A stretch of 63,454 nucleotides of DNA from a virus: positions 1-63,454 of the IMG/VR virus record IMGVR_UViG_3300046517_000593, one strand, 5' to 3'. Positions within the stretch are counted from its first letter, which is position 1. The number at the start of each line of letters is the position of its first letter. The translations under genes and the position numbers were made by a program. Of the stretch, positions 32,207 through 41,189 are shown one piece after another. The notes under the pieces were generated by a model. It saw only the letters and a program-made list of their open reading frames with translations. It had not been told where the DNA came from and did not search any database.

Positions 32207-35200
32207 TCAATATCTCGTTCCGCGTTTAGCTGCCGATGCTGGAGTGCTGAAAGTTGTCCCTCCAGAAATTATTGGAGCAGGTCCGTAAACGGCTGTATAA
32301 GTAATTCCCGCTGCATTATTGGTGAACGTAGCACCCAAAGCAGTTGTGTAATCAACTCCGCTCCGCTGCCACTTCTGGAAGATTGCTCCGTCCTTCTCGG
32401 CCTGACTCACAGTCAAAGTTACAATCGTTCCGGTATCCCAAACGCGAGTCAAAGGAGTGCTACCACCCGAAGCTCCGGTATTATCAGCAGGAAAGATTGT
32501 CACCGGACACACTGTCGGAGCTACGGACGCAATATCAACCGAGTAAAAAGCATTCGTGTAAACCGCAGTCAGCGCGACATTGTGATTGTTCGTGTAAGTG
32601 ATAGCCGCACTCGTCGAATAGAGGACCCCGTCAAGCAACCACTCCAGAAAATCGAATCCGTTAACCACCGCTGGATCTTCGGCGGATAAACTCGTAACTC
32701 GACCATCAATATTTGTTCGAGAAAACGGAGTATCTCCAGAAGCCAACCCTCCGTTGTCGAGAGTTGAAATAGTGAACTTCACCGTCGAAGCGCCAACCGA
32801 ATCAAAAGCGGTGGTCCAGTTAACTGGCGGTGCAGGAGTTGTGTAAACCGCAGCCATACTCACATTCGAAACATTCGTAAACGTCGCGGCAGCGTTCGTC
32901 GTGTAGAGCACCCCATCTCGTTCCCATCGCGCAAAATTATTACCGCTTGCTGTTGATGGCGCAGTCAAAGTCGTAATCACGTTCAAAGCATTTGTCCTTG
33001 TGAAGCCGGTTGTCCCGTTTCCAAGGCCTCCAGCATCATTCGGGCTGCTCGTGATAGCTACTCCTGAACTCGGATTCTGGCTACTTACCGAAACGATGTA
33101 GGGATTATTCGGTGCGGCCGGAGTCGCGTAGAAAGCAACGAAACTTGAATTTGAAACATTGGTGTAAAGAATCCCAAAAGCATTCGTATCAGTCGAGTAA
33201 TCAGAACCATCACGAGTCCACTTCTGAAATACGTTCCCTCCAGCCGTTGACGGAGCAGTCAGAGTTATCACAATGCCGCTCACGTTAGTCCGAAGAAAGG
33301 TTGTGCTGCCATTCCCAAGCCCTGAGTTGTCATTCGGACTCACTGTAATCGAGACAGCAGAATTAGGGTTCACCGAGCCAATGGTTGTCACGAAATTAGC
33401 CGGAGGCTGAGTGTTAACTCCGTTCTTTTCCAAGACCCAAGCTCCGAACAAAGGAAAGCTTTTCGGCGAAAGAGCGCCACCAGTCTCGCCATACGGTATC
33501 GCTACTGTGTGCGCGCTCGCTTGCATATTCACGATAATCGTATTGCTGACCGTTGTCGTCATCGGCACCGCGTCAACGTAGTAGTCCTGAACATTACGCA
33601 CGAGCACGCTGGTATTTGTTCCCCACCCTAAAGCTGAAACATCAAGAGCCACAAAATTGTCGCCTCTCCAGTTATAGGAGAAAGCCTGCGCTCGATTCGC
33701 ATCGTAAGCATTATTGTAGACCCGAGTTAAGTTAGTCCCGGACGGTATCGAAAAACTGGAAGTGGAATTCGTATCGAAACCAGTAATAGCTTGCCAGCCT
33801 GCAAAGTTTGTGGGAGTTGCAGTCTCTATCCCGAACACCTTTCCGTTATTCGTGGTCACATAGGTATTGTAGTTCATCGTCCAAGGCAAAAACGTAATAG
33901 GTGGACGTGGAGTGTTCGGGTAGTAGTCCACGATTCGCTGAACTCCTCCGAGAGCCGGACTGATAATGTAATTGTTCGTGATGATTGCCGATTTCCAGCT
34001 ACTCAAATTGAACTGGCAGTTGTAAAAGTAGTTCCCGGTGCAAATCACATCATGATACGCGTTATTGTCTTGCTCGTAATAAAGTGAAAGGTCACAACTG
34101 AACCCGTAATTGTCAGTCACCTGGTCATCAACCAATCTGTCTGCCGAACCACCATTTCGACTCCCAAGCAAGACTCCTCCGTGGCCGGCTCCACGGTTTC
34201 CGAGATAAATATTTTCCTTGGTTCGATACTTCGAAAACTGCTCGCTCGATGAGCCATACATCTGAATGTTTTTGTCGTAAGGATTCAGGCAAATATTCCT
34301 CTGAATAGTAACGAATCCGGAAGCTGTATTGTGCTGAGTATAAAACCCATGGCCGTGAAGCTGTGGAGTTCCAACCCATCCATTATTGAAAGTTACATTC
34401 CCGTAAGCCTCAGTGGTGCTCGCCTGCTTCCAAAATGAAAGTCCGTTGGACAAATCATGAGACACGCAGTTCACGATTTTGCTTCGCGTCCCGTAAACGT
34501 ATGGACCTTCCGTTCTGAAATAGTCATTTGGAAAAGAAGGGTTCACTGTGTCGGCCGAAAATCTTGCGCTGGTCGAACTCGAAAAGAATTCCAAATCCTG
34601 CAAAATAATATCCGTTCCCTTCGTCGCATCTCCTGAATCTCCAATGATGAAGGCAGGCCTGGCAGCCGCATGGTAAGCGTAAATGCCGCTGTATTCCCCA
34701 CCGTCAATCCTCGCCTTTTCTCCCGGATACGAACGAATCGTTATCGGTGCAACTGAAGTGCCTGAAATTGTGCACTTGAAAATCCAACCCTCCAGACTTC
34801 CCGGAATTGAACCTTGAGGTAAATGTGTGTAAGCCGCAAACCCCGGAGAGCCTCTAAGGTAAATCGTGTCTCCAGGCTGCACGCTGGCTGAAGAGATAGC
34901 GGTCTGCAAATCCCACGGGCTTGCCAAAGTTCCAGCCCCACCAGCCGAGCCGGTTGGTGATGCGATCCAGACCCGGCCAAGGCAGGGGGAGACCGGTGGA
35001 GCTGTAAGTATATTTGCGTAAACCAGAATCGGCTGGCTTATCGCGTTCGTGCCAGCATGCGTGCCTATCACGGAAAGCACATACATGCCGGGCTGAATAT
35101 TCGTAATGACGAAGCTTGCCGTTCCTGTGGTCTTGTTCGCGATGTTAGTCGAGAAGTTGAACAGCGCTAAATTCGTCCAGCCAACGAAAAGGGAGTCATC

Positions 35201-36208
35201 AACCGTCACCGTGATATTTTGATTCGGCGCAACCTCAAGCTCAGTAGTCGGCGCAGTAATCGAAAGTCGATTGTCCCAACTCGCAAAAGCCCGCTCCACA
35301 TAAGCCGCGTCTTTGTCCGGACACCACCAGGCATTATTCGTCTTGTCCAGAGGGTAAGCGGAGTAATTCGTAATCAACGGAAACGGCACGTTATTAAATG
35401 CTGGCTGAATCAGCCACCCATCCGACTTGGCCATCCGATTCAATGTAAGCTTCCCAAATGATACGCATTGATTAGTCGGATACTCGTATTTTATGGCGCT
35501 CTTAAGCCAAGACATGCCCGGCGCGTGCTGATTCCATGTCTCGGCATGTGTTGTGCCGGTCTGAATCAAATCGAACGTCCCAAGTAATCCTGAGCGCACA
35601 TTGGTCGAAATAAAAATGTAGTTCGAGTTCGTTATCGAACCAACATCAGTCTTGCTCGCATCCATGTAAGTGGGAATCAATAAGCAGTCTGTCGGTGAAG
35701 CAGGAGGAGGGTCGCCTATGTTGAATCCTACGCCGCCAGAAATCAGAGCTAACCCCAGAGACATTGACGCGTTGGTCCTGGTAACGTCGTAGCCCCTAGT
35801 TGCTCCAGCGCTGAACCCATAGAACGCCCACGGGCAATTAGTAATTTCCGGACGATTGGCCTGAACGGCAAATGAAGCTAAAGCTCTCTGAAACACTTCA
35901 CCAGGTAATTGGGTGTTCGGTGCAAGCTCAGTCCCGATACTTCCCACGAATGCAAACTGATGCTCCGGTAGCCTCATCCAGTTAGCGAAATACTTCCGGA
36001 CATACTCACCTCGTGAATCGCCAGATGAACCATTGAAATTCACAAGCAGCCCTCGAACCAAATTGTAATCCGATGGTATCGCGAGACGGAAAGCACGGGT
36101 CGTGTTGTTACTCGAAAGAGTTTCCGAATAATCGTAGGTCACCCACGTATATGCTTGCGCAAACGTAGGAAACAACAGACTCAAAAAAAGAATCAGCCTT
36201 AGTGCCAT
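32207..36208 (-). CDS. exported multidomain protein: GxSxG esterase-like, right-handed beta-helix, four InlB-B-repeat-like units
   Basis: Start at the ATG at 36208. MALRLILFLSLLFPTFA-QA signal peptide. YGFSAGAT (GxSxG). SPWDLQTAISSASVQPGDTIYLRG (beta-helix N-cap). Four C-terminal units of about 90-96 aa with F..W..DG.....(T/Y)TN...(A/T)VY. Confidence 0.7.
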   Translation of the reverse strand: MALRLILFLSLLFPTFAQAYTWVTYDYSETLSSNNTTRAFRLAIPSDYNLVRGLLVNFNGSSGDSRGEYVRKYFANWMRLPEHQFAFVGSIGTELAPNTQLPGEVFQRALASFAVQANRPEITNCPWAFYGFSAGATRGYDVTRTNASMSLGLALISGGVGFNIGDPPPASPTDCLLIPTYMDASKTDVGSITNSNYIFISTNVRSGLLGTFDLIQTGTTHAETWNQHAPGMSWLKSAIKYEYPTNQCVSFGKLTLNRMAKSDGWLIQPAFNNVPFPLITNYSAYPLDKTNNAWWCPDKDAAYVERAFASWDNRLSITAPTTELEVAPNQNITVTVDDSLFVGWTNLALFNFSTNIANKTTGTASFVITNIQPGMYVLSVIGTHAGTNAISQPILVYANILTAPPVSPCLGRVWIASPTGSAGGAGTLASPWDLQTAISSASVQPGDTIYLRGSPGFAAYTHLPQGSIPGSLEGWIFKCTISGTSVAPITIRSYPGEKARIDGGEYSGIYAYHAAARPAFIIGDSGDATKGTDIILQDLEFFSSSTSARFSADTVNPSFPNDYFRTEGPYVYGTRSKIVNCVSHDLSNGLSFWKQASTTEAYGNVTFNNGWVGTPQLHGHGFYTQHNTASGFVTIQRNICLNPYDKNIQMYGSSSEQFSKYRTKENIYLGNRGAGHGGVLLGSRNGGSADRLVDDQVTDNYGFSCDLSLYYEQDNNAYHDVICTGNYFYNCQFNLSSWKSAIITNNYIISPALGGVQRIVDYYPNTPRPPITFLPWTMNYNTYVTTNNGKVFGIETATPTNFAGWQAITGFDTNSTSSFSIPSGTNLTRVYNNAYDANRAQAFSYNWRGDNFVALDVSALGWGTNTSVLVRNVQDYYVDAVPMTTTVSNTIIVNMQASAHTVAIPYGETGGALSPKSFPLFGAWVLEKNGVNTQPPANFVTTIGSVNPNSAVSITVSPNDNSGLGNGSTTFLRTNVSGIVITLTAPSTAGGNVFQKWTRDGSDYSTDTNAFGILYTNVSNSSFVAFYATPAAPNNPYIVSVSSQNPSSGVAITSSPNDAGGLGNGTTGFTRTNALNVITTLTAPSTASGNNFARWERDGVLYTTNAAATFTNVSNVSMAAVYTTPAPPVNWTTAFDSVGASTVKFTISTLDNGGLASGDTPFSRTNIDGRVTSLSAEDPAVVNGFDFLEWLLDGVLYSTSAAITYTNNHNVALTAVYTNAFYSVDIASVAPTVCPVTIFPADNTGASGGSTPLTRVWDTGTIVTLTVSQAEKDGAIFQKWQRSGVDYTTALGATFTNNAAGITYTAVYGPAPIISGGTTFSTPASAAKRGTRY

Positions 36209-36417
36209 GAGATAAAAGGATGCCCGATTAAACTCAACAAAATGTTCACGAGAACGACAACGGTCAGCAATACGAGAATCACCGTTCCTATTTTCATCCA
36301 AGGTTCAGGCGGAGCTATCTTATTCAAGGCCCACCAAAGCACCCAAACAATGATTCCCCAAATTACGAGCACGAAAAGCGTGTTCAATAAGGCTTCTCCG
36401 CTGATTAGCATCATCAT
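36199..36417 (-). CDS. small two-TM membrane protein
   Basis: LFVLVIWGIIVWVLWWAL and IGTVILVLLTVVVLVNILLSLI. Confidence 0.55.
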   Translation of the reverse strand: MMMLISGEALLNTLFVLVIWGIIVWVLWWALNKIAPPEPWMKIGTVILVLLTVVVLVNILLSLIGHPFISWH

Positions 36418-36426
36418 AAATTCCTT

Positions 36427-36951
36427 TCAGGGGCTGGCCCAAATCTCTCCTTGGACGTTCTTGAACCAAGGCCACGCACGAGCCGCATTCGTCGGCAATG
36501 GTCCGTTCGGTAGCTTTATTCCGCTCGGCCATGTCATCAGATTCGACGCTCCATTAAAAATCTCAATCACAAACTCATCTCCAACTGCCATCTGCCCCAT
36601 TGTGAAAACCGTTGGTTGATTAACAAATTTGAAATAGTCCATCCGCGTGCCCGGCATTGGGGTAGTCAGGATGTTATTCGTCAACTCCATGCTCGGACGC
36701 GGAACACTGTTTGTCGCTGTGATGAAAACGTAGTTCGTCACTGTGCTGAATACATAGTTGGTGACGTAAACATAATTCGTCCAGGTAACTACTACTCCAC
36801 CGTTAGCCAAATTGCTTGACGGAGGAAAGAACGGGCAATCAACCACAAACTGACCATTGATTAACTGAACTGGAGTGCGTGCAAATTGAAGCCCCTGCGC
36901 TTCGGCAAATCGACACGCTAGTAAATTGAGTATGACCAGAAATATTTTCAT
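36427..36951 (-). CDS. exported protein, unknown function
   Basis: MKIFLVILNLLACRFAEA-QG signal peptide. Confidence 0.6.
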   Translation of the reverse strand: MKIFLVILNLLACRFAEAQGLQFARTPVQLINGQFVVDCPFFPPSSNLANGGVVVTWTNYVYVTNYVFSTVTNYVFITATNSVPRPSMELTNNILTTPMPGTRMDYFKFVNQPTVFTMGQMAVGDEFVIEIFNGASNLMTWPSGIKLPNGPLPTNAARAWPWFKNVQGEIWASP

Positions 36952-37688
36952 GGACCTGTAATTACAACTTCTGCTTTTGCAACCGGACTGTTAGTGGGGT
37001 TACCGTGATGGCCTTTACCAGACGAATCAATAATCGAACCTACTCCCGTTATCGTAGCTCCATCGGTGAAGTCGTTAAGCTTCCAATAACACTCAGGCAA
37101 GATTGAACACATCAGAGGAAAGTCTGCCGTTCGAGAAAACGCGAGCTTATTGATATCCGCAGCCGTAACTACATTCGTATACATAGCCACTTCAGTTATG
37201 CGACCATCAAACGTGTTAGCAGTATTCAAATCATTCCCGATGGTGAGGGAATCCGCAGCATTGTCAGTTGGTGTTTGGCCGTTGGTCGTCGTGGCGTAAG
37301 AAGCCTCAACTCCGTTCACGTAAATATGGCAATTTGCAGCGTTCGTTGAACCATCCCAAGTCATAATGAGATGATTCCAAATATTGGTCACCCAAGCGTC
37401 ATTGCTCGTCAACCGCGTAAGCACCGTCCCACCTCCAACCGTAAAGCGCACCGCGTGGGGGGATGAGCACTTCAAAATATTCTGACCTTTACGCGCAAAG
37501 ATTCCTGCATTGGCTTCCCCATCGCTCGACGCAATGAACCAAGCCGAGTAAGTGACCGCACTGTTCTCCTTGTAGATAGCATCCGATAACGTCCCGAATC
37601 CCAAGATGTCATTCACACCATCAAACAGAACCGCTGCCCCAAGGCAGCGGCACAGTGAGACGATTAAAAATGTAATCGCTATCCTCAT
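36948..37688 (-). CDS. exported LamG (concanavalin-like) domain protein
   Basis: MRIAITFLIVSLCRCLGA leader. LFDGVNDIL...WNHLIMTWDG...IYVNG...FDGRITEVAMY. Confidence 0.65.
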   Translation of the reverse strand: MRIAITFLIVSLCRCLGAAVLFDGVNDILGFGTLSDAIYKENSAVTYSAWFIASSDGEANAGIFARKGQNILKCSSPHAVRFTVGGGTVLTRLTSNDAWVTNIWNHLIMTWDGSTNAANCHIYVNGVEASYATTTNGQTPTDNAADSLTIGNDLNTANTFDGRITEVAMYTNVVTAADINKLAFSRTADFPLMCSILPECYWKLNDFTDGATITGVGSIIDSSGKGHHGNPTNSPVAKAEVVITGP

Positions 37689-38740
37689 TTTCTGAAATAC
37701 TCCAACATCACATCACCCCTCACTCGAATGTCATTCAGCGCGGACGGTGTAGTGCTCGTAATCCTAATGGCTACTGTATCACCAGCAGCCATCGAGTCCA
37801 CGGTCGTCAGAGACATGACCAACACTTCCGGAAAATTGAGAGTCCCTGGAACAGCTTTCGAACCGGTATTCGCAGTATCGTAAGACTCTGTATCAGCCGC
37901 AAGCGCATCGCCAGGAGTTTGGGCCCAAACGCTGATTGAAAATGAAGCGCTATTGGTGATTGCCCCTGAACACGAAAATGGAATCCTTAATTGCGGACTG
38001 CTCCCATAATCTTGCGGTAGCGTGAACTGAAAATAAGCTGTCTCGTTCGTCGCAAATGCTAGTCTCTTCAGTCCCGTAGTCGAAACATACTCCAGTCTTG
38101 CCGGACTCGTTGTGGGTAGCGTTACTTGCGAAATAGGAAGCCTCACTTGGGCCATCGACCTACCTTCAAGGGAACCTTTAATCCTGCTCCCGTCTTGGAA
38201 GAAATGATAGATACCAATTATTCCAGATACCTGCTCAAGCGGTGGCTGAGTCGAAGTTCCGCTGAAGGTCCAGTAAACGGTATTCGTAATCGTGAGCGTG
38301 AAAGCGCCCTGATTCGTAATCGTGAGGTTAATCGGATGACCATTAGACCAATTCGTTATTCCGAGAGTCAAGTTACCGGCCATTGTCCCTGTCCACTCTG
38401 AAGCAAGTGAAGCGTCGATGTTAATCGTCCCCTGATTCGTTCCGATATCCAAAGTTGGGTAAATACTATTCCCGATGAAAAACACGTTCGTCAGAGACAC
38501 GTTCGGGCCGATGGCAACATTCGTATTACCGGTTCCGGTTTGCGTGAACTGGTCTGAAAAATTGTAGGTCGTCCCTCCAATCAAACCCAATCCAGATAAA
38601 CCTGATAGCGGCACAACATCGCCGTTGCCATTCACGTAACTTCCGGGGTCGCCCGTGAAAGGGATTATTTGTTGCTGAGCGTTAACCGAAAGAGCAATCA
38701 ACGCTAAAGCAAAAACCAGAAGTTTTTTTAAGTGGATCAT
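37685..38740 (-). CDS. exported beta-rich protein with jelly-roll-like C-terminus
   Basis: MIHLKKLLVFALALIALSVNA-QQQ signal peptide. The start codon lies in the conserved 22-nt cassette. Confidence 0.65.
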   Translation of the reverse strand: MIHLKKLLVFALALIALSVNAQQQIIPFTGDPGSYVNGNGDVVPLSGLSGLGLIGGTTYNFSDQFTQTGTGNTNVAIGPNVSLTNVFFIGNSIYPTLDIGTNQGTINIDASLASEWTGTMAGNLTLGITNWSNGHPINLTITNQGAFTLTITNTVYWTFSGTSTQPPLEQVSGIIGIYHFFQDGSRIKGSLEGRSMAQVRLPISQVTLPTTSPARLEYVSTTGLKRLAFATNETAYFQFTLPQDYGSSPQLRIPFSCSGAITNSASFSISVWAQTPGDALAADTESYDTANTGSKAVPGTLNFPEVLVMSLTTVDSMAAGDTVAIRITSTTPSALNDIRVRGDVMLEYFRK

Positions 38741-38747
38741 TTGATCC
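38734..38747 (+). repeat. 14-bp palindrome GGATCATTTGATCC, copy 3 of 5
   Basis: Within the 22-nt cassette 38730-38751. It carries the ATG of 37685..38740. Confidence 0.9.
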
Positions 38748-38749
38748 CT

Positions 38750-39184
38750 TTATTTCACGAGAGCGTGAATGACGATGTTAGAGAGACACCCGTTTGTCGT
38801 TGGATTCTCAATCGATGAAAGCCTGAGATACTGATACCCCTGACAACCGATATTCGTCCAGCCTGTTACCTCGGTGGTATCGTTCAGCGTAAGCGGAAAT
38901 CTGAATCGCGCATCCTTGTAATACATCGAATCATTGATGCTCACGTCAAACACTAGTGTAATCGTGCCACCTCCAGGCGTAGCCGCATTTGTCCACGCAA
39001 CTCCAGTCCCACGAAAGAACAAGCTCACCTTATTAGCCGCAGCGAGCACTGGAATACTCGAACTCGCCGTCGTGTTCGTTTGAACCGGTGGAACCTTATT
39101 CGTCGAAAGCGTCAGAAGCGTCACCGTCTGAGCCGACGCACTCAATCCGAAAACCATCAACAAAAAACTGAGTATGAATTTCAT
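38750..39184 (-). CDS. exported small protein
   Basis: MKFILSFLLMVFGLSASA-QT signal peptide. Confidence 0.6.
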   Translation of the reverse strand: MKFILSFLLMVFGLSASAQTVTLLTLSTNKVPPVQTNTTASSSIPVLAAANKVSLFFRGTGVAWTNAATPGGGTITLVFDVSINDSMYYKDARFRFPLTLNDTTEVTGWTNIGCQGYQYLRLSSIENPTTNGCLSNIVIHALVK

Positions 39185-39202
39185 TCTGACCTTTTCAGAA
39201 CC

Positions 39203-39240
39203 GTCGGGGAAGTGAACTTTTACATTCAGGCTTCCCCGAC
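39203..39240. other. 10-bp perfect GC hairpin just downstream of the capsid gene
   Basis: GTCGGGGAAG-(18 nt)-CTTCCCCGAC. The T-run is only on the plus side, so on the minus mRNA it is a 3' stem-loop without a U-tract. Confidence 0.6.
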
Positions 39241-39264
39241 ATTTTATGGTTTTAAGAAAACCGA

Positions 39265-40242
39265 TTACGAAATAGTGAGCTGACGAACTCCGAGCGTGGA
39301 AGTCATTACCACGTCGCTATACATCTCAACAGTAATATCGATGTTCTTCATCGAAACTTGCTGTTCGTAAACACGCGTCTTGGTGCCGCCAATGGTTGCA
39401 GTCGTGAACCGCTTGATGTTGGACGGGTCGAACGGAGTTGCGTTCGGCTTCGTGAGGTAGACTAGCACCCGGTTGCCACCGAGAATTGAAGTCTTGGTTG
39501 AAGGGCCGGTCTGGTAATAGCTCCGAGCTACGTAGCCGCGTTGCAGACCACAGAACTGAGCAACCTGGTCAACCGCCTGACTTGCCGAAGCAAAGCCGCC
39601 TGCGGTATTCTGTGCGCGATGCGATACGATACGCTTGCTCCAAGCTGTAAGGTCATAAAGCACGTTGCTCGCTGGAACGCCCACGAGTGAATTGAATGTC
39701 ACAGCCTCGTTCATCACGTCTTGGTCCGGGTCTTTTCCGGCAGTCGTGTCCCATGTTTTAGCCGTGTTGGTCGCAGCCGCCGAAAGCAGCGTGATAGCGC
39801 GGCGAATTTCATTTCGCAGCAAGCGTTCCATCAAACGGGAAACAGTAAGCTCCCTCCAATTCGAGGACTGGTCCACATTGTCCATGTCCACTCGAACGGT
39901 CAGCCCCTTGTTCTTCGTGGTGCCGTTAGCCTTCGTGCTGGTGTATTCCACCCGCTTGAAGTCGGCTCCGATTGCTCGAATGTCGTCAGTCTCCGAAATG
40001 AAGGCCTCAATATTCGGGAAAGTCGCATATTCGAACCGGCGGCTCGTCGGAACTTCAGGTGCGAGAAAATCAAGCAACGCCTGAAGGTTCTCCTGGTCAG
40101 TCCAGCCGGTCGAGTAAGCCGTCAATGGCTCGCTGAAAAAAGCTTCAACGAATCGGCTGGAGGCATTCGCTGCGCATATCACGTCAGCAGCCTGTCTCCC
40201 CGTATCCTCCGGCATTTCATTTACAAAAGCGTGGTCATTCAT
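39265..40242 (-). CDS. major capsid protein (Mu gpT-like position)
   Basis: 325 aa from the ATG at 40242. It follows protease, scaffold and decoration genes. The A-rich leader is AAACAAAATAAAAAT. Confidence 0.6.
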   Translation of the reverse strand: MNDHAFVNEMPEDTGRQAADVICAANASSRFVEAFFSEPLTAYSTGWTDQENLQALLDFLAPEVPTSRRFEYATFPNIEAFISETDDIRAIGADFKRVEYTSTKANGTTKNKGLTVRVDMDNVDQSSNWRELTVSRLMERLLRNEIRRAITLLSAAATNTAKTWDTTAGKDPDQDVMNEAVTFNSLVGVPASNVLYDLTAWSKRIVSHRAQNTAGGFASASQAVDQVAQFCGLQRGYVARSYYQTGPSTKTSILGGNRVLVYLTKPNATPFDPSNIKRFTTATIGGTKTRVYEQQVSMKNIDITVEMYSDVVMTSTLGVRQLTIS

Positions 40243-40270
40243 ATTTTTATTTTGTTTCTGAATTTGCCGA

Positions 40271-40771
40271 TTACGCGAGAGGCGCAAACGCGAGGCACGG
40301 AGTAATTTCGATAACATCGCCAGTCGCCCCGGATGCCTTCAAGGCTTTCCCGACTACGTAACCAGTGGATACAGCCGTCTTAACAGTCCCGTCGCCGTTC
40401 GACTGAACAAAAGCGTCAACCGCTATCACCCCGGTAGCAATAACGCGCTGAGTGCCCTTTACCGCTCCAAGGACAGCGATACTAATCGGGTCTCCAAGCA
40501 AATCAGCCTGGTCTTGAGCGATGCCGATGATTTTATCTGTAGCGCCCGCACTGACGGCAACGTGGTTCTCATCGGAACCGGTCTTTACGAGGTGGTATCG
40601 CGTGATTGCCGCATCAGCCAAATAAGTAACATAACCATCACCATGAACACCCGCATTCGGAGAGTTCGCTGCATTGGCCATGTTGAGGACTTCTCCGCGC
40701 TTCCGGTAAGCAAGCCACGCGCAGGAGAAAATGGCCAGCAGGAGCACCGCTCCAAGCATTAGGTAATTCAT
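40271..40771 (-). CDS. head decoration protein (DUF2190-like) carrying a hydrophobic N-terminal leader
   Basis: Body YHLVKTG...IIGIAQD...GDPISIAVLGAVKG...GDGTVK...YVVGKALKASGATGDVIEI. The leader MNYLMLGAVLLLAIFSCAWLAYRKRGEVLN precedes MAN. Confidence 0.55.
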   Translation of the reverse strand: MNYLMLGAVLLLAIFSCAWLAYRKRGEVLNMANAANSPNAGVHGDGYVTYLADAAITRYHLVKTGSDENHVAVSAGATDKIIGIAQDQADLLGDPISIAVLGAVKGTQRVIATGVIAVDAFVQSNGDGTVKTAVSTGYVVGKALKASGATGDVIEITPCLAFAPLA

Positions 40772-40806
40772 AGTTTAGATTTTGTTTTTGGCCGGACGAT
40801 ATTCGT

Positions 40807-41100
40807 TCAAGCCGATTTTGCTTTTTGTTCTGCTAACTGACGGTCATGTGCGCGTTGTCGGCGCGTGACTTCGATTGCATCTTCCCGGCCGAGCCCGGCT
40901 CGCATTCGTTCATTCACTTCGTCGCGAATGTCTTCGGTGATGCCGGCAGCTCCGAGCTGCACTTCCAAATCTTTCACAAGCTTTTTGAGAGCTTGAATTT
41001 CTTCCTTCATCTTCGCGTTCTCAACTAACGCTGCCTCAAGAGTCGGGTTATTCACAACTGCCGATGTCGGCCCGCCCCACTGCTTTTCATCCTTTGCCAT
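40807..41100 (-). CDS. hypothetical coiled-coil head-module protein
   Basis: 97 aa. The ATG is preceded by AAAAGGAAAT. Confidence 0.55.
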   Translation of the reverse strand: MAKDEKQWGGPTSAVVNNPTLEAALVENAKMKEEIQALKKLVKDLEVQLGAAGITEDIRDEVNERMRAGLGREDAIEVTRRQRAHDRQLAEQKAKSA

Positions 41101-41189
41101 ATTTCCTTTTTACTTTTTTGGTTTTTCCAAATCCCACACAATGATTGTGCTGAGAACCATAAATCCCAGTATTGCGAACATAGCTTTCC

